64,000 nt of DNA from a virus. The stretch's first letter is position 1. Each line of letters starts with the position of its first letter. Shown in pieces: positions 27,912-37,474 of the stretch. The notes under the pieces were generated by a model. The model ran no database searches, was not told where the DNA came from, and saw only the letters and a list, made by a program, of their open reading frames with translations. The translations under genes were made by a program, and so were the position numbers. Location of the stretch: IMG/VR virus record IMGVR_UViG_3300027861_000010, one strand, 5' to 3'.

Positions 27912-28434
27912 GTCGGACATGAGTGAAACCTTGCGTCATTGGGAACAGGAAATCAAGGATCGTAAAACACTGGCAGTGAAGTTCGTGCTGATGGCAATGA
28001 AGCTTCACAACGTCAAATGTGTGGTCTGTGAGTATTCCGGCAGCGGCGACAGTGGTTGCGTTGAGGAGACACACATCCTCGAAAAACCCGTCGAACCTGA
28101 TGATTTTCACTGTGCTGATGTGGGCGTCGACGAGACTGGAAAGACTGCGTTGGAGACGTCACCTCTTGGCGAACTGCTCAACACGTTTGAAGACACCCTG
28201 TTTGAATCCCACTTCGGAAACGCACCCACCACACTGCTCGAGGCGATCAATTGGGCCGCGGAGTACATGACGACTTCAGGTTTCGAGATCAACGACGGCG
28301 GACAGGGTGTGATTGTCTTTGATGCCGTCAACAACGAATGTCGTTGTGAGCACGGTTCCAACATCGTTGAAGTCAACTACGAGACTGAAACGATCGAGTT
28401 TGAGGAAGGTGAAAATGCTGCCTCATCGGATTGA
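27904..28434 (+). CDS. DUF6878-like protein
   Basis: EYSGSGDSG...GFEINDGGQGVIVFD pattern. Confidence 0.65.
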   Translation: MTESDMSETLRHWEQEIKDRKTLAVKFVLMAMKLHNVKCVVCEYSGSGDSGCVEETHILEKPVEPDDFHCADVGVDETGKTALETSPLGELLNTFEDTLFESHFGNAPTTLLEAINWAAEYMTTSGFEINDGGQGVIVFDAVNNECRCEHGSNIVEVNYETETIEFEEGENAASSD

Positions 28435-28568
28435 CTTTGACGTGTGGCGGAACCTGTATGTCTCCACGCTGCTCGGCGGGGAGTTCGCCAACTGTCACGG
28501 TCAAGGTCCAACTCCTGAAGTGGCATACATCAGCCTGTTACTAACTGTCAGAGCAAAGAGGAGGCAAA

Positions 28569-28982
28569 ATGCCAAAGTACAAAGTTGAGTACGGGTTCGA
28601 TGTACCAGCCTATGGCGAAGTTGAAATCGAACTCGATACCGAAGACCAGGAGAAGGTCATCAAGCACATCAAGGAGCTCTACAACAAGGACGAGCTCATT
28701 GACGGCTGGGATACCGCTCCGGATGTCGGTTGTGAGAATCACAGGGTGGTCCATGTCTTCCGCGAACATGGCGACCCCAAAGGCGACTTCCACAACTGGC
28801 AGAATCTCGACTGGGGTTACTTTGACCTCACCGAGGACGACTATTACGAAAACGACCCGGCTCTCTGGATCGTCTATGACGACGATTCGGGAAGCATCAT
28901 GGGTCATGCAACCAAACGTGAGGACGCCGTGGCTATCGCGGAACAGCTCAGCGACGTCCGTATTCTCAAAGCGAGGATGTGA
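28569..28982 (+). CDS. Hypothetical acidic protein
   Basis: GAGGAGG RBS; 137 aa. Confidence 0.65.
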   Translation: MPKYKVEYGFDVPAYGEVEIELDTEDQEKVIKHIKELYNKDELIDGWDTAPDVGCENHRVVHVFREHGDPKGDFHNWQNLDWGYFDLTEDDYYENDPALWIVYDDDSGSIMGHATKREDAVAIAEQLSDVRILKARM

Positions 28983-28983
28983 T

Positions 28984-29391
28984 ATGGCGATCATCAGACA
29001 CAAACTGAACGACTACGAGTCCGTTACGGACAAAGCCGCGAAAAAAGGCGGAGCAAAAGAACGTAAATCGGAAGACTTTGACCTCGGTTGGGGAGAAACC
29101 CGCGTCTACGTGCTCGATGAGCACGAGTGGTGGGATCCGCATACCAGTACCAAGTACGACGGCCAGGGCATGTCGCGTCATGCGATGTATGGTCCTGCCG
29201 TCATCGTCTACGACTTTGCAGGCGGCGGCAGCAGTTCACATGAATTCCACGTGAACGATCCCCGTGCTTGGTCGTACGTCCGCCGGTGTATTGACGAAGG
29301 GCATGCTGCTCCAGGCAAAATGCCCTTAGGCCCTTCGTACAAGGAAGACCTTGTGACTATCCGAAGTGCAGGGGAGAAGGAGAATACATGA
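28984..29391 (+). CDS. Hypothetical protein
   Basis: ATG at 28984 after GAGG. Confidence 0.6.
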   Translation: MAIIRHKLNDYESVTDKAAKKGGAKERKSEDFDLGWGETRVYVLDEHEWWDPHTSTKYDGQGMSRHAMYGPAVIVYDFAGGGSSSHEFHVNDPRAWSYVRRCIDEGHAAPGKMPLGPSYKEDLVTIRSAGEKENT

Positions 29392-29807
29392 GTCACCCGT
29401 ACCACCACGCTCTTAGCAGCGTGAAGAAGTGGGGTGGAGAGCCTGAAGATTACCAGGCAATCCATAACTGGTTCGACGAGACCAAGGCCCACTTCGCTGA
29501 CTTCCGGCACCGAGCCGCCCGTCATCATTCCGAAGGCATCTTCATGGCCGAACAGATCTTTGGGAAGACGATCACCATCAGTACCGGGCGGGTCGTTCCT
29601 GTCCGGTTCATCGGAGAACAGCACGTTATGGAGGACTGCGGCTGGATTCCAACCCTGGCTGACTGGCTCAAGAACATTCAGGCTCAACCCTGGATGAAGC
29701 GAGTGGGCCGTCAACTGTCCAAAGAACTCGAACAGGAGAATTTCTGTGCCACCGCATCCCCTTCCGAAGAAGCTCTACGATCGTGCGAAACAGTTGGGGC
29801 TGGTTGA
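29388..29807 (+). CDS. DUF6915-like protein
   Basis: MSHPYHHALSSVKKWGG...DFRHRAARHHSEG...GEQHVMED. Confidence 0.8.
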   Translation: MSHPYHHALSSVKKWGGEPEDYQAIHNWFDETKAHFADFRHRAARHHSEGIFMAEQIFGKTITISTGRVVPVRFIGEQHVMEDCGWIPTLADWLKNIQAQPWMKRVGRQLSKELEQENFCATASPSEEALRSCETVGAG

Positions 29808-30129
29808 AATCATTCTGGAGTTTTCAGGTGGCAGCGACGAAGGTTACCTGACTGTCCTGACGGGTGAGAACCCGCCGCAGGCTCCTGAAAAGCATTACAA
29901 TGATCCCAATCTCAAGGCCTTTCACCAGGAGGTGGAAGACTGGGCCTGGTCAGTGTACGATTACAGCGGGACCGGTGACGGTTCCGACTACGGTGATGAC
30001 ATCACCTACGATCTCGAACACGACAAGGTAACGTACTCAGAGTGGTGCATGGTTCGTGAGGACCAGCCCACCGAAGAGATGAAACTCGAATGTGACAATG
30101 AAGAGAATGAGGAGAATGAAGATTCATGA
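29746..30129 (+). CDS. DUF6878-like protein (second paralog)
   Basis: EFSGGSDEG...YSGTGDG. Confidence 0.6.
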   Translation: MPPHPLPKKLYDRAKQLGLVEIILEFSGGSDEGYLTVLTGENPPQAPEKHYNDPNLKAFHQEVEDWAWSVYDYSGTGDGSDYGDDITYDLEHDKVTYSEWCMVREDQPTEEMKLECDNEENEENEDS

Positions 30130-30464
30130 CTACCAAAGTTAAACTTGGAGGAGTTGCGAAGTTCAAGGATGATGTCAAGAAGTGGGAAGCCCTGAGTCGC
30201 AAATTTGCGAAGTTCGGAGCTTCCGACACGGAACCTGATGCAGTGTTCCAGTGGTGCCTTAGGGATAAGGTAAACGGCGTGGACGTAAGAATCCCGCAAT
30301 CCGCCCGCGACTGGCAATTGTATTCCAGTATGCAGGGCGTCGGTTTGGCTGCCTCTCACCTGACAAAAGCATTGGTGCGTTGTCTGGACTCGCTTGGGCA
30401 GGTCACCGTCTCGGAGCAAAAGGAACTTCGAGAATTCTTGAACGGATACCTGTGGCGTTGCTAG
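30126..30464 (+). CDS. Hypothetical protein
   Basis: ATGA overlap; 112 aa. Confidence 0.6.
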   Translation: MTTKVKLGGVAKFKDDVKKWEALSRKFAKFGASDTEPDAVFQWCLRDKVNGVDVRIPQSARDWQLYSSMQGVGLAASHLTKALVRCLDSLGQVTVSEQKELREFLNGYLWRC

Positions 30465-30688
30465 TGCAGAGCCACCATGAACATCCCCGAAACTCACGAG
30501 AACTCTGTAATGGTTGCCAACAAAGTCTGGTTTCTTTGTTGCGAGGGTAATTCTAGCGACTTCATGTGAGCGGATAAGCTGTAGCCGGTGGAGATTCGGA
30601 TAAACCAGTTACTCCGATGGATCAGGGTGAAACCGGGCAGTGGGGATGTTCTTTTTTCAACAACCTTTTAGTAAGAGGAATTCAAACG

Positions 30689-31213
30689 ATGGCAAGACGT
30701 AAAAAGAGTCCGAGCAAGACGGTTCGTAAGGAAGTCCGAAGTGGGCAGGGTCGCGTCAACAAGGCGGCACAGATTCGGGAGTTCCTTCGGATCAACCCTA
30801 CCCTGACTTTCGCACAAATGACGAGCAAGTTCGAGGCTCTCGGATTGACGGTAACGTCCGCCCAGTTCTATTCGTTGCGTAACGAGATGAAGAGTGGCGG
30901 GTCGAACAAGAGTCCGAGGAGAAAGACAAAAACGCAAGCGAAGCAACGGCGTAAGAAGATCACTCCAGCTCGTGCTCCTGTTGTGACGGCCAAGCAAGGC
31001 TGCACGATGGAACCGCAGACGGCTGCTGAGATCTACGGCGATCCGTCATTGTCGCTGGAAGCCAGTACGCAACCGCCGAACGTGGAACGGGTGCTTCAAG
31101 CCCGCAACATTCTCGAGCGGGCGTACTTGGAAGCCTGGCAGATTGTTGGTCAGAACTATGACCTGGTTGATATCATCGTGGATGACATTCAGGAGAAACA
31201 TAAGGCCCACTGA
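30689..31213 (+). CDS. Basic hypothetical protein, possibly DNA-binding
   Basis: GAGG RBS; Lys/Arg-rich; KAAQIREFL helical segment. Confidence 0.65.
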   Translation: MARRKKSPSKTVRKEVRSGQGRVNKAAQIREFLRINPTLTFAQMTSKFEALGLTVTSAQFYSLRNEMKSGGSNKSPRRKTKTQAKQRRKKITPARAPVVTAKQGCTMEPQTAAEIYGDPSLSLEASTQPPNVERVLQARNILERAYLEAWQIVGQNYDLVDIIVDDIQEKHKAH

Positions 31214-31233
31214 TCTGCGGCGAAACTACAGAT

Positions 31234-31272
31234 AGCAGGACGAGGTGCACAACACACCTCGTCCTGCTTTTC
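31234..31272 (+). terminator. Rho-independent terminator
   Basis: AGCAGGACGAGGTG-7 nt-CACCTCGTCCTGCT perfect 14-bp stem followed by TTT. Confidence 0.8.
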
Positions 31273-31302
31273 ACGCGTGGGGCGACATGGGAGGTAAAGG
31301 GC

Positions 31303-31533
31303 GTGCGGTACTATATTTTAACGATAGGCGGCGTCTGGTTTTTGTTTTCACTCGTTTTCACTCGTTTTCACTCGTTTTCACTCGTTTTCACTCTCGCACT
31401 CTGTAAGGCAGCATCAGACGCGGACGACTGGAATGAGGAGATGTTTAGAAAATTAAAAGAAAAGGAGGAAGCTAGTGCTTTTAACGAGAAGTGGGATCTT
31501 GAAAGCGATTCAGGATGGCTACATCGGAATTGA
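31303..31533 (+). CDS. Small membrane protein carrying a 10-bp tandem repeat
   Basis: GGAGGT RBS and GTG; hydrophobic N-terminus then LALCKAASDADD. Confidence 0.6.
   Translation: MRYYILTIGGVWFLFSLVFTRFHSFSLVFTLALCKAASDADDWNEEMFRKLKEKEEASAFNEKWDLESDSGWLHRN
31344..31393 (+). repeat. 10-bp tandem repeat (CTCGTTTTCA) x4 plus partial flanks
   Basis: Perfect copies at 31351, 31361, 31371, 31381. Confidence 0.95.
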
Positions 31534-32026
31534 ACCTTTCAATGAGAATCAACTCAACCCGAACAGCTATGATCTCCGGTTGGGTCGTCAGGTCTTGCTT
31601 TATGAGCCCGGTGAGATTGACGCGGCGAAACCTCATCAAATAATCTCACAAGAGATCACCGACGAAGGCATCCTGCTTCAGCCAGGAGAGCTGTATTTGA
31701 TGGCGACCGAAGAAGTAACAACTTCTGCGAATCACGTACCGGGCATTGAAGGGCGTTCGTCGGTCGGGCGTCTTGGTGTGAATGTTCATGCCACAGCAGG
31801 CTTTGGTGACGTCGGATTCCACGGAACCTGGACTCTCGAAGTATCCTGCGTTCGCCCTGTTCGATTATATGCAGGCATGCGTATTTGCCAGATCTATTAC
31901 ACAACCTGCTCCGAAATTGAGGAAGGCGATCTCTACGCAGGCAAATACCTTGGACAACACGAGCCCTGTGCAAGTCGCATCTATAGGGAATGCGACGAAT
32001 GGCACTGCTCAAAATCTGGAATTTAG
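31475..32026 (+). CDS. dcd: dCTP deaminase
   Basis: LNPNSYDLRLG, EGRSSVGRLG, AGFGDVGFHGTWTLE, GMRICQI, YAGKY. Confidence 0.92.
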   Translation: MLLTRSGILKAIQDGYIGIEPFNENQLNPNSYDLRLGRQVLLYEPGEIDAAKPHQIISQEITDEGILLQPGELYLMATEEVTTSANHVPGIEGRSSVGRLGVNVHATAGFGDVGFHGTWTLEVSCVRPVRLYAGMRICQIYYTTCSEIEEGDLYAGKYLGQHEPCASRIYRECDEWHCSKSGI

Positions 32027-32179
32027 GTCGAGCCAGAAACCCAAGATACGAGGCTCGAGGATCCGTGAACTGTAAACTTAGTGAGTCCTGAATAGCTCGC
32101 CCAGGTCGCAGGAGGTGCGATATGAACCCGAGCGGCGAAGATGGTCAGGCATCTGTCGCTGTTCTTTTTAATTTTGAAT

Positions 32180-32206
32180 AGCCCAGGGAATCCCCCTGGG
32201 CTTTGT
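32180..32206 (+). terminator. Stem-loop/terminator
   Basis: AGCCCAGGG-AATCC-CCCTGGGCT followed by TTGTT. Confidence 0.6.
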
Positions 32207-32228
32207 TCGTTTAAGGACTGAGAGAATT

Positions 32229-33086
32229 ATGAGCACAATGACAAAGAAAACGAAGAAGAAGAAGAGAGGTAAGTTGCCAACCGGCATCGGTGAAAACGAA
32301 GTAGTGATCCCATTTGAGGAAAAGTTCAAGTGGCCAGACACACATAAGCGAGTCACGTTTGATGGGCCTCAGTTTCAAGAGTGGATTCACCAGACATTAC
32401 CAGTGTCTCGCGAACTCAAGCCTATGGATCATGAAAAGGCCAAGACAGACGGCGTCAAGTTGGATGAGTTCGTATTCTACATGCGACCACTTCCAATGTG
32501 GCGGTGGGGTAGCCGTTACGAAAATGTTGGTTATTTCATGCCGTTCCTGGATACCAGCCCACCGATTGAGAAGCGGTGCTGCCTGGAGCTGTATCGTAAC
32601 AGGCAAGCTGCTTATTGTGCCTTCAGCTCTGTGATCGACATTCCTGTGCTTGCAAAGCCTGGGCCTGTTTTGGACGGCAGCAAGTTGGAGCCATGGATGT
32701 CACTGACACCCAATGAAGTGCTAACTCAGCGTGGCCAGATCCGGCGTGCCAAGAAAGACACAGCTATGGCTGGTCTTGGACTCGGCTGGGCTGCTCGCAA
32801 AGTACTCGAACGCAAGCAGGTCAAGCACCTGACTGTGTACGAAAAGTCACAGGCCATCATCGACTACTTCGGTGAGTCACTGGCGGCTGACTACCCCGAC
32901 AAAGTCACGCTGGTATGTGCCGACGCTTACGAGGTGGACTGGCAACAACACGATGTCAGCTTATGGGACATTTGGGAGGACTGGGGCGGTGCCGCGTGGG
33001 ACCGTAAGTTCGAGAAGATCCGAATGGAACTTGAAGCTGACGGTAAAGTCTGTGTCGGTTGGGGCCAGGGAGTATCAACGACATGA
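32229..33086 (+). CDS. SAM-dependent methyltransferase-fold (spermidine synthase-like) protein
   Basis: WMSLTPNE, AGLGLG motif I, LTVYEKS, ADAY, LWDIW. Confidence 0.75.
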   Translation: MSTMTKKTKKKKRGKLPTGIGENEVVIPFEEKFKWPDTHKRVTFDGPQFQEWIHQTLPVSRELKPMDHEKAKTDGVKLDEFVFYMRPLPMWRWGSRYENVGYFMPFLDTSPPIEKRCCLELYRNRQAAYCAFSSVIDIPVLAKPGPVLDGSKLEPWMSLTPNEVLTQRGQIRRAKKDTAMAGLGLGWAARKVLERKQVKHLTVYEKSQAIIDYFGESLAADYPDKVTLVCADAYEVDWQQHDVSLWDIWEDWGGAAWDRKFEKIRMELEADGKVCVGWGQGVSTT

Positions 33087-33547
33087 AAAGAGTCCAACGA
33101 AAGATCAGGGGCTTCAATGACAAGCCTCCTGGTGAGCAGTGTCAACGCTGCAAGAAATGGGGAGAAGACAGGCGAACGCTTTGGCAAGCCTGTTTCTACG
33201 CCCTGGATGAATACGATGTCCCGTTTAACCAGGTGCAAATAACGGGACATTTTTGTGAACAAAACGGGACTGAGAACCTTGAGTTTCTCAACAACAAAGA
33301 GGTCCCGACGTTTGCAGAGCCGGACACAAGTGAGGCTGCCCGCAACTACAAGTTTTTCACTTTGCGTGTTTGCAAAGAGTGTCGAGCTTCGTGGATGCGG
33401 GCTATCGCTGATTGGTTCCAAGCTGCACCAACCCAGCCCGAGTCGTGTGGCTCGGGCATTCTCATTCGCCGCGACGGTATTAACGTCGAAGTCACTCTCG
33501 AAGAGTGGCAACAACTCCAGAAGGAAAAAGCCGATGAAGATCAATGA
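33083..33547 (+). CDS. Zinc-binding hypothetical protein
   Basis: CQRC...CKECR. Confidence 0.6.
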   Translation: MKRVQRKIRGFNDKPPGEQCQRCKKWGEDRRTLWQACFYALDEYDVPFNQVQITGHFCEQNGTENLEFLNNKEVPTFAEPDTSEAARNYKFFTLRVCKECRASWMRAIADWFQAAPTQPESCGSGILIRRDGINVEVTLEEWQQLQKEKADEDQ

Positions 33548-33833
33548 CGTAATTGCTGAGATCAGCAAAGGTACGTTTGACAATCAGTTGAGGACGTTGA
33601 ATGACGTCATTAAGTCCCGAAAGGAACGTGTCGCTGAACAAACCTTGTACTCGCTGCAACCTGGTGACCTGGTTCGGGTCGATAACATCCGACCGAAGGC
33701 CATCTGCGGCAAGACCGCGAAAGTGGTTAAAACCAACCGTACCACTGTCACGGTGAAGTTTGGTGAAGACGCCGGACGACACCGCGGGGTGTGTCGCGTG
33801 CCGTCTGCCTGTTGTGAGAAGGTGGAAGCGTGA
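33534..33833 (+). CDS. KOW/SH3-like small protein
   Basis: LQPGDLVRV...GKTAKVVKTNRTTVTV. Confidence 0.65.
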   Translation: MKINDVIAEISKGTFDNQLRTLNDVIKSRKERVAEQTLYSLQPGDLVRVDNIRPKAICGKTAKVVKTNRTTVTVKFGEDAGRHRGVCRVPSACCEKVEA

Positions 33834-34123
33834 GGCGTCGATCCAAACGCAAATCTGTGCAAATAGTCGTCTGTCCGGAAACGGGCAGGCGGCTTTGCCA
33901 GGACAACAAATGGCGTGAGTTCGCAAACTTCGGTACCTATCCCGAGTGCGTCAAGCTCTTCAAGTACCCACAAGCGGCACTGAAGGCTGGAGCACGGTAT
34001 CGAATCAAACCGGCTCAGCCGGGCGACACTCTTAACAGTATCGTTTACCTCTATGACGGCGACTCAATGGACGCCTCAGGAAGGATTTATCGTGAGTCGA
34101 AAGAAGAACAAGCAGTTTGCTGA
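33830..34123 (+). CDS. Hypothetical protein
   Basis: GTGA overlap; 97 aa. Confidence 0.55.
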   Translation: MRRRSKRKSVQIVVCPETGRRLCQDNKWREFANFGTYPECVKLFKYPQAALKAGARYRIKPAQPGDTLNSIVYLYDGDSMDASGRIYRESKEEQAVC

Positions 34124-34188
34124 AGCGTATCAATGGACCCCGTTGATGCCTCGTCAGCGGTTGTTCGAGACAGCTGTCAGCAAGGAGG

Positions 34189-34488
34189 TTGAAGTTGAGT
34201 AACCCCGATAAAGTAGGAAGTGTTCTGTTGATTGTGCTTGCATTGGCCATTGGGATTATTGGTGTCCAATCCTGCAGTCAATCCAACATGGACTATTACG
34301 ATAGCGACATTCTGCAAGTTGGACGAGAACGGCTCATCCAAAGCTTCACCGATCCAGATGAAGTGCAGGTAATACAAGAATCAGTTATTAGGCCGGGTCG
34401 CCGCGGTGGCGAGTTCGGGTACTGGGCTAGATACAAGCGACTCACTGCCGATGGTAGCTGGGTCGAGGAGGAACATTACGATGAGTAG
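34189..34488 (+). CDS. Membrane-anchored hypothetical protein
   Basis: AAGGAGG RBS; transmembrane VLLIVLALAIGIIGV. Confidence 0.6.
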   Translation: MKLSNPDKVGSVLLIVLALAIGIIGVQSCSQSNMDYYDSDILQVGRERLIQSFTDPDEVQVIQESVIRPGRRGGEFGYWARYKRLTADGSWVEEEHYDE

Positions 34489-34975
34489 CATGATAGAACC
34501 AGGCAAGCCACTGTCCCTTGAACGCCTGATGGGTACGTTGGCTTCGTCTGTCGAAAAGGCTGAGCAGGAACGAGACAAGATCGCTACCGACGCTGGCGAA
34601 GCAGAACAAAAGAACTGGTTCTTCTTCAACGGTAAGGTAACGGCCTTGCATGAGCTTGAAGCTCAGTTGCGTATGTGGTTGAAGTCTTTCCCGATACCCG
34701 CTTGCATTGATTGGTTGAAGTCTTTCCCGATGCCCGATTGCATTGATTTACCTAACCCTGGCGAGGTCAATGTTAAGTTGTCCAACGGAGAGACTGTAAG
34801 CCTTCGCGAAGACCGCGACTGCCTCCACGTCGGCCAAGTCGATGGCGTCGGAGAAGATTGGTGGCTTTGCACCATTCAAAAGAACGGGGTGCTTGTCGCA
34901 CCTAACAGCAGTAATAGCTGTGAGGTACTCGCACACAAACTGAAAAACCATGACCCATTAGGAGCTGAGGCATGA
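34481..34975 (+). CDS. Hypothetical protein with 12-aa internal duplication
   Basis: GAGGAGG RBS; WLKSFPIPACID/WLKSFPMPDCID. Confidence 0.6.
   Translation: MSSMIEPGKPLSLERLMGTLASSVEKAEQERDKIATDAGEAEQKNWFFFNGKVTALHELEAQLRMWLKSFPIPACIDWLKSFPMPDCIDLPNPGEVNVKLSNGETVSLREDRDCLHVGQVDGVGEDWWLCTIQKNGVLVAPNSSNSCEVLAHKLKNHDPLGAEA
34676..34747 (+). repeat. 36-bp tandem duplication (2 mismatches)
   Basis: TGGTTGAAGTCTTTCCCGAT(A/G)CCCG(C/A)TTGCATTGAT x2. Confidence 0.9.
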
Positions 34976-35208
34976 ATGTGACAGTCAACATCAACATTCG
35001 TATTACTGAGGATACCGATCTCGAGAAGCTCAGGGAGCGTATTGCGGATCAAGTCCGTAAGTTGTCGAACCCTGTCCGTACCGATGAAGGCATCACTTCA
35101 GTCCAAAGCGTCACTCTTTCGGATCTGGCGAATTAGTACGAACTGAATTATCGGCCATGGCGTTACCTGATAGCTAAAAAAAGATTACGCATCAACAAGT
35201 GAGAGATT

Positions 35209-35697
35209 ATGACATCAAAACGAGAAATCAAACCGATTGAGTGGGTTCGCTACCAAGACGAGCAGGGCAAACGCTTTTGGTGGCATCCGGACGACGAACC
35301 ACCGGCTAATGGTACGCAGGTAGAAGACGATGACTTCTCAGTAAATACCATGCTGCGAGTCAGACTCGATCCTGGCGTTGACTTGTTTGGAAACCGTTAC
35401 GACGAGCTCAGTGTGTTGTGGAGTGAGATGCAGTGTTGCAACTTCCTTTTGGCTCACGGCATTGATAGCGAGGGCCGATACACGGAACAGCGATTGTCTG
35501 TAAATTTGCTGCCACAGCATTCAACAGCTCATGGCTACTTCTATTGTCGCGATGACGATTACATGAAGGCCGCCATCGACGAACTTGTTAATCGCAAGAT
35601 CTTGGTGCCAACGGGGAAAAAAGCTCCGTCAGGTTTCATCGAGATACCTTTGTTCCGTTTCATGCCTATCGAGGCTGCCCATGAACTCCAACACTAA
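35209..35697 (+). CDS. Hypothetical protein
   Basis: 162-aa ORF. Confidence 0.65.
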   Translation: MTSKREIKPIEWVRYQDEQGKRFWWHPDDEPPANGTQVEDDDFSVNTMLRVRLDPGVDLFGNRYDELSVLWSEMQCCNFLLAHGIDSEGRYTEQRLSVNLLPQHSTAHGYFYCRDDDYMKAAIDELVNRKILVPTGKKAPSGFIEIPLFRFMPIEAAHELQH

Positions 35698-35740
35698 AGA
35701 ACAAGGGACAAAGCCAAACCAAAACCTGAGGAGGAATCTG

Positions 35741-36508
35741 ATGAACACGAAAACTGAAAAAGACAAGAACGTGCTCGAAGAGTTTGAGCGATGTGGCTAC
35801 AGCTACATGCATCGACTGTTCGAGCGTTGGAAGCACCGTGCCTACTTCAATGACGCGGCCAAGGCTCGCCTGGGTTGCATCCTGGGCTACATCCTCGGAC
35901 TCAAGCATTCCGGTCAAACGGAGTTTGCTGAGAAACTGGCCGAGGACATCGACGAGCAACTTGATCAGCTCAGCTTCAAGCACAACCAGCTCGAGATCAA
36001 CGAGAAGAGCACGGATGATGATGGCAACGAAAAGACCATCACCGTCAAAGTTCCGATGCGTAAGTGCCTCGTCGGTGACGACGGTACCTGGCACGGCTTC
36101 ACGCTGGTGTGGTACTCGCTTCTCAATTCTGATGTGTACGACGAGCACTTCCAGCAAGCTCGTGACGAGATCAGCAAGTCGCACGAAAAGCTCGACGAGC
36201 TGGACAAGAAGCTCAAGAAGGCCAAGAACTGGGACGACAAGCAAGCCATCGAAAGGCAGATTCGGGACGCGACCATCTACGAGTCGGCTCATCAGCTTGT
36301 CGTCAAGAAGCTCGGCATCCTGGAGCGATCCGACCCGAACGCTCAGTACTCTGAAGAGTTGACCGAGTATCGGTACATCAACGGGGTGCAGCGTCGGTTC
36401 TACTACGTCCCTGGTTTCAACGGCGGGCTGATCTACCACGGCCCCGGTGCCGGTGAGACCTTCACTGTCAATCTCGGGAGTGGAACCCTGTGGGGGATTC
36501 ACACATGA
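35741..36508 (+). CDS. Hypothetical protein with coiled coil
   Basis: GAGGAGG RBS, ATG at 35741; strong codon bias. Confidence 0.75.
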   Translation: MNTKTEKDKNVLEEFERCGYSYMHRLFERWKHRAYFNDAAKARLGCILGYILGLKHSGQTEFAEKLAEDIDEQLDQLSFKHNQLEINEKSTDDDGNEKTITVKVPMRKCLVGDDGTWHGFTLVWYSLLNSDVYDEHFQQARDEISKSHEKLDELDKKLKKAKNWDDKQAIERQIRDATIYESAHQLVVKKLGILERSDPNAQYSEELTEYRYINGVQRRFYYVPGFNGGLIYHGPGAGETFTVNLGSGTLWGIHT

Positions 36509-36672
36509 ACTGGATTGAAATCTTTGAGGAATTCACTGACCAGGCTTGGACCGCTGAGACCAAGCTCGGCCTCTTGCTTGAGTTCCTCGACCAAAACGAC
36601 GGCATCATCGTTGTCACCGTAGACATGTTTCGTGAACACCTTTCTGAAATTACCGGTCAGGAGATCGCGTGA
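36505..36672 (+). CDS. Small hypothetical protein
   Basis: ATGA overlap. Confidence 0.5.
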   Translation: MNWIEIFEEFTDQAWTAETKLGLLLEFLDQNDGIIVVTVDMFREHLSEITGQEIA

Positions 36673-36887
36673 ACCAGATCAATCTACGTTGCCCGACAGG
36701 GTCTAAGAAAGAACGAACCGGCTGGGGCGAATGGGACACGGTATTTCTCTACAAATGCTCGGAAGGGCATGAAGTTAGAGTGCGGGCGAGTTCGTTCCGC
36801 GGGACAACACCGGAGCCAGGCGTCGGAGCCATTTCATGTCCTCAATGTGAAAGGAGCGAACGTGAGCAGCGACGAGAATCGAAATAA
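36669..36887 (+). CDS. Small zinc-ribbon protein
   Basis: CSEGH...CPQC. Confidence 0.55.
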   Translation: MNQINLRCPTGSKKERTGWGEWDTVFLYKCSEGHEVRVRASSFRGTTPEPGVGAISCPQCERSEREQRRESK

Positions 36888-37218
36888 GGAGTTCGCGAAA
36901 CTGTATCGTGAACAACTTGACAACGTGGCTGGTATAGCTGACCGCAACCAGGTGCACATGGAGTACGCCTTGTGTCACCTAATCAACAGGTTCGCTGAAG
37001 AGATCCCTCCGGTTGAGTGCGATCGTTTCCACAAGACGTTCCGGCAGAATGACGTCCTGGATTTTGATGCTCCAGAAGATTGCGGCGGAGCCATGGACAT
37101 GGTGTTCTGGAACCTGTTGAACGGCCAGTGCGAGATCTTCTGGAGGCTGCAAGGTGAGTGGTCCGAGAAGCTGAAGGCCGAGGAAGCCAAACAGGAGGTG
37201 ACCGATGGAGGTAGTTGA
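36862..37218 (+). CDS. Hypothetical protein
   Basis: AAGGAG RBS and GTG at 36862. Confidence 0.55.
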   Translation: MSSDENRNKEFAKLYREQLDNVAGIADRNQVHMEYALCHLINRFAEEIPPVECDRFHKTFRQNDVLDFDAPEDCGGAMDMVFWNLLNGQCEIFWRLQGEWSEKLKAEEAKQEVTDGGS

Positions 37219-37471
37219 ATACTACATGGACGACAACCCTGACATCGTCATCGTCCAGAATCCGTTATCCGGTGGGTGGTTCATCGAAGGACAGAAAGGC
37301 GAAAGTCTTCCCTATGTTAGGGATGACTTTGCTCAAGCATCCAAGATGTATCAGGCTATCAAGGCTTTCAATGCCACTGGCGTACCGAAAACAGAAGATA
37401 AGTTCGGATCCATTCCGAAATCCCGTTTCAAAACACGTAAGGTCCTTCGGGGCCAAAAGAAGGAGAATTAG
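37205..37471 (+). CDS. Hypothetical protein
   Basis: AGGAGG RBS. Confidence 0.6.
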   Translation: MEVVEYYMDDNPDIVIVQNPLSGGWFIEGQKGESLPYVRDDFAQASKMYQAIKAFNATGVPKTEDKFGSIPKSRFKTRKVLRGQKKEN

Positions 37472-37474
37472 CTC

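Noticed and set aside
30465-30688. tRNA or other structured RNA gene in this intergenic gap (and elsewhere in the window)
   Set aside because: No cloverleaf or T-loop GTTCRA/CCA signature found by eye; a tRNAscan-SE/Infernal run would settle it.
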